Source of the DNA: Octopus sinensis
Taxonomy: Eukaryota
NCBI RefSeq assembly: GCF_006345805.1
Contig: NW_021828791.1
Coordinates: forward strand, 1-7,324
Reading direction: 5' to 3'
Length of the DNA: 7,324 nucleotides
Below the pieces are notes generated by a model. It had not been told where the DNA came from, searched no databases, and saw only the letters and a program-made list of their open reading frames with translations. The position numbers and the translations under genes are program-made. Shown piece by piece: positions 7,161 through 7,324 of the stretch. How positions within the stretch are numbered: position 1 is the first letter of the stretch; each line of letters opens with the position of its first letter.

Positions 7161-7324
7161 CCACACCACCGCAATCACTATCACCACACCACCATCACCA
7201 CTGTACCACCGTACCACCACCACCACCACCATCATCATCACCACCACCAACGCCACCACCACTACCATCATTATCGTCACCATCACCGGCATCATCATCA
7301 TCATCAACATCATCATCATTACAC
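7161..7324. repeat. Degenerate (CAC)n/(CAT)n trinucleotide repeat running off the window end
   Basis: caccaccaccaccaccatcatcatcaccaccacc...catcatcatcatc. Confidence 0.92.

Noticed and set aside
7134-7319. Met/Val-rich ORF, or poly-His on the other strand
   Set aside because: It is a translation of the CAC/CAT repeat, with no splice or flanking coding evidence.

Overview
AT-rich eukaryotic DNA, most likely intronic sequence of an octopus. The taxon call rests on recognising the tRNA-derived OR1/OR2-type SINE and on the very high microsatellite density. Nearly all ORFs in the supplied track are artefacts of simple repeats. The real content appears to be: (1) two phase-compatible minus-strand coding exons (4017-3783 and 99-15) of a gene I cannot name, both missed by the ORF track; (2) a 1.9 kb cluster of mobile elements (4164-6038) comprising a decayed piggyBac-like MITE, the 3' end of a CR1-type LINE, and two inverted SINE copies; (3) a 193 bp insertion in the second SINE's (TA)n tract that folds as a minimal type I hammerhead ribozyme with a variant core; (4) long compound microsatellites, a degenerate 21 bp minisatellite and a terminal CAC/CAT repeat. 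The hammerhead-bearing element and the inverted SINE pair are the most interesting observations. No database search or folding program was run, and repeat family names come from recall.
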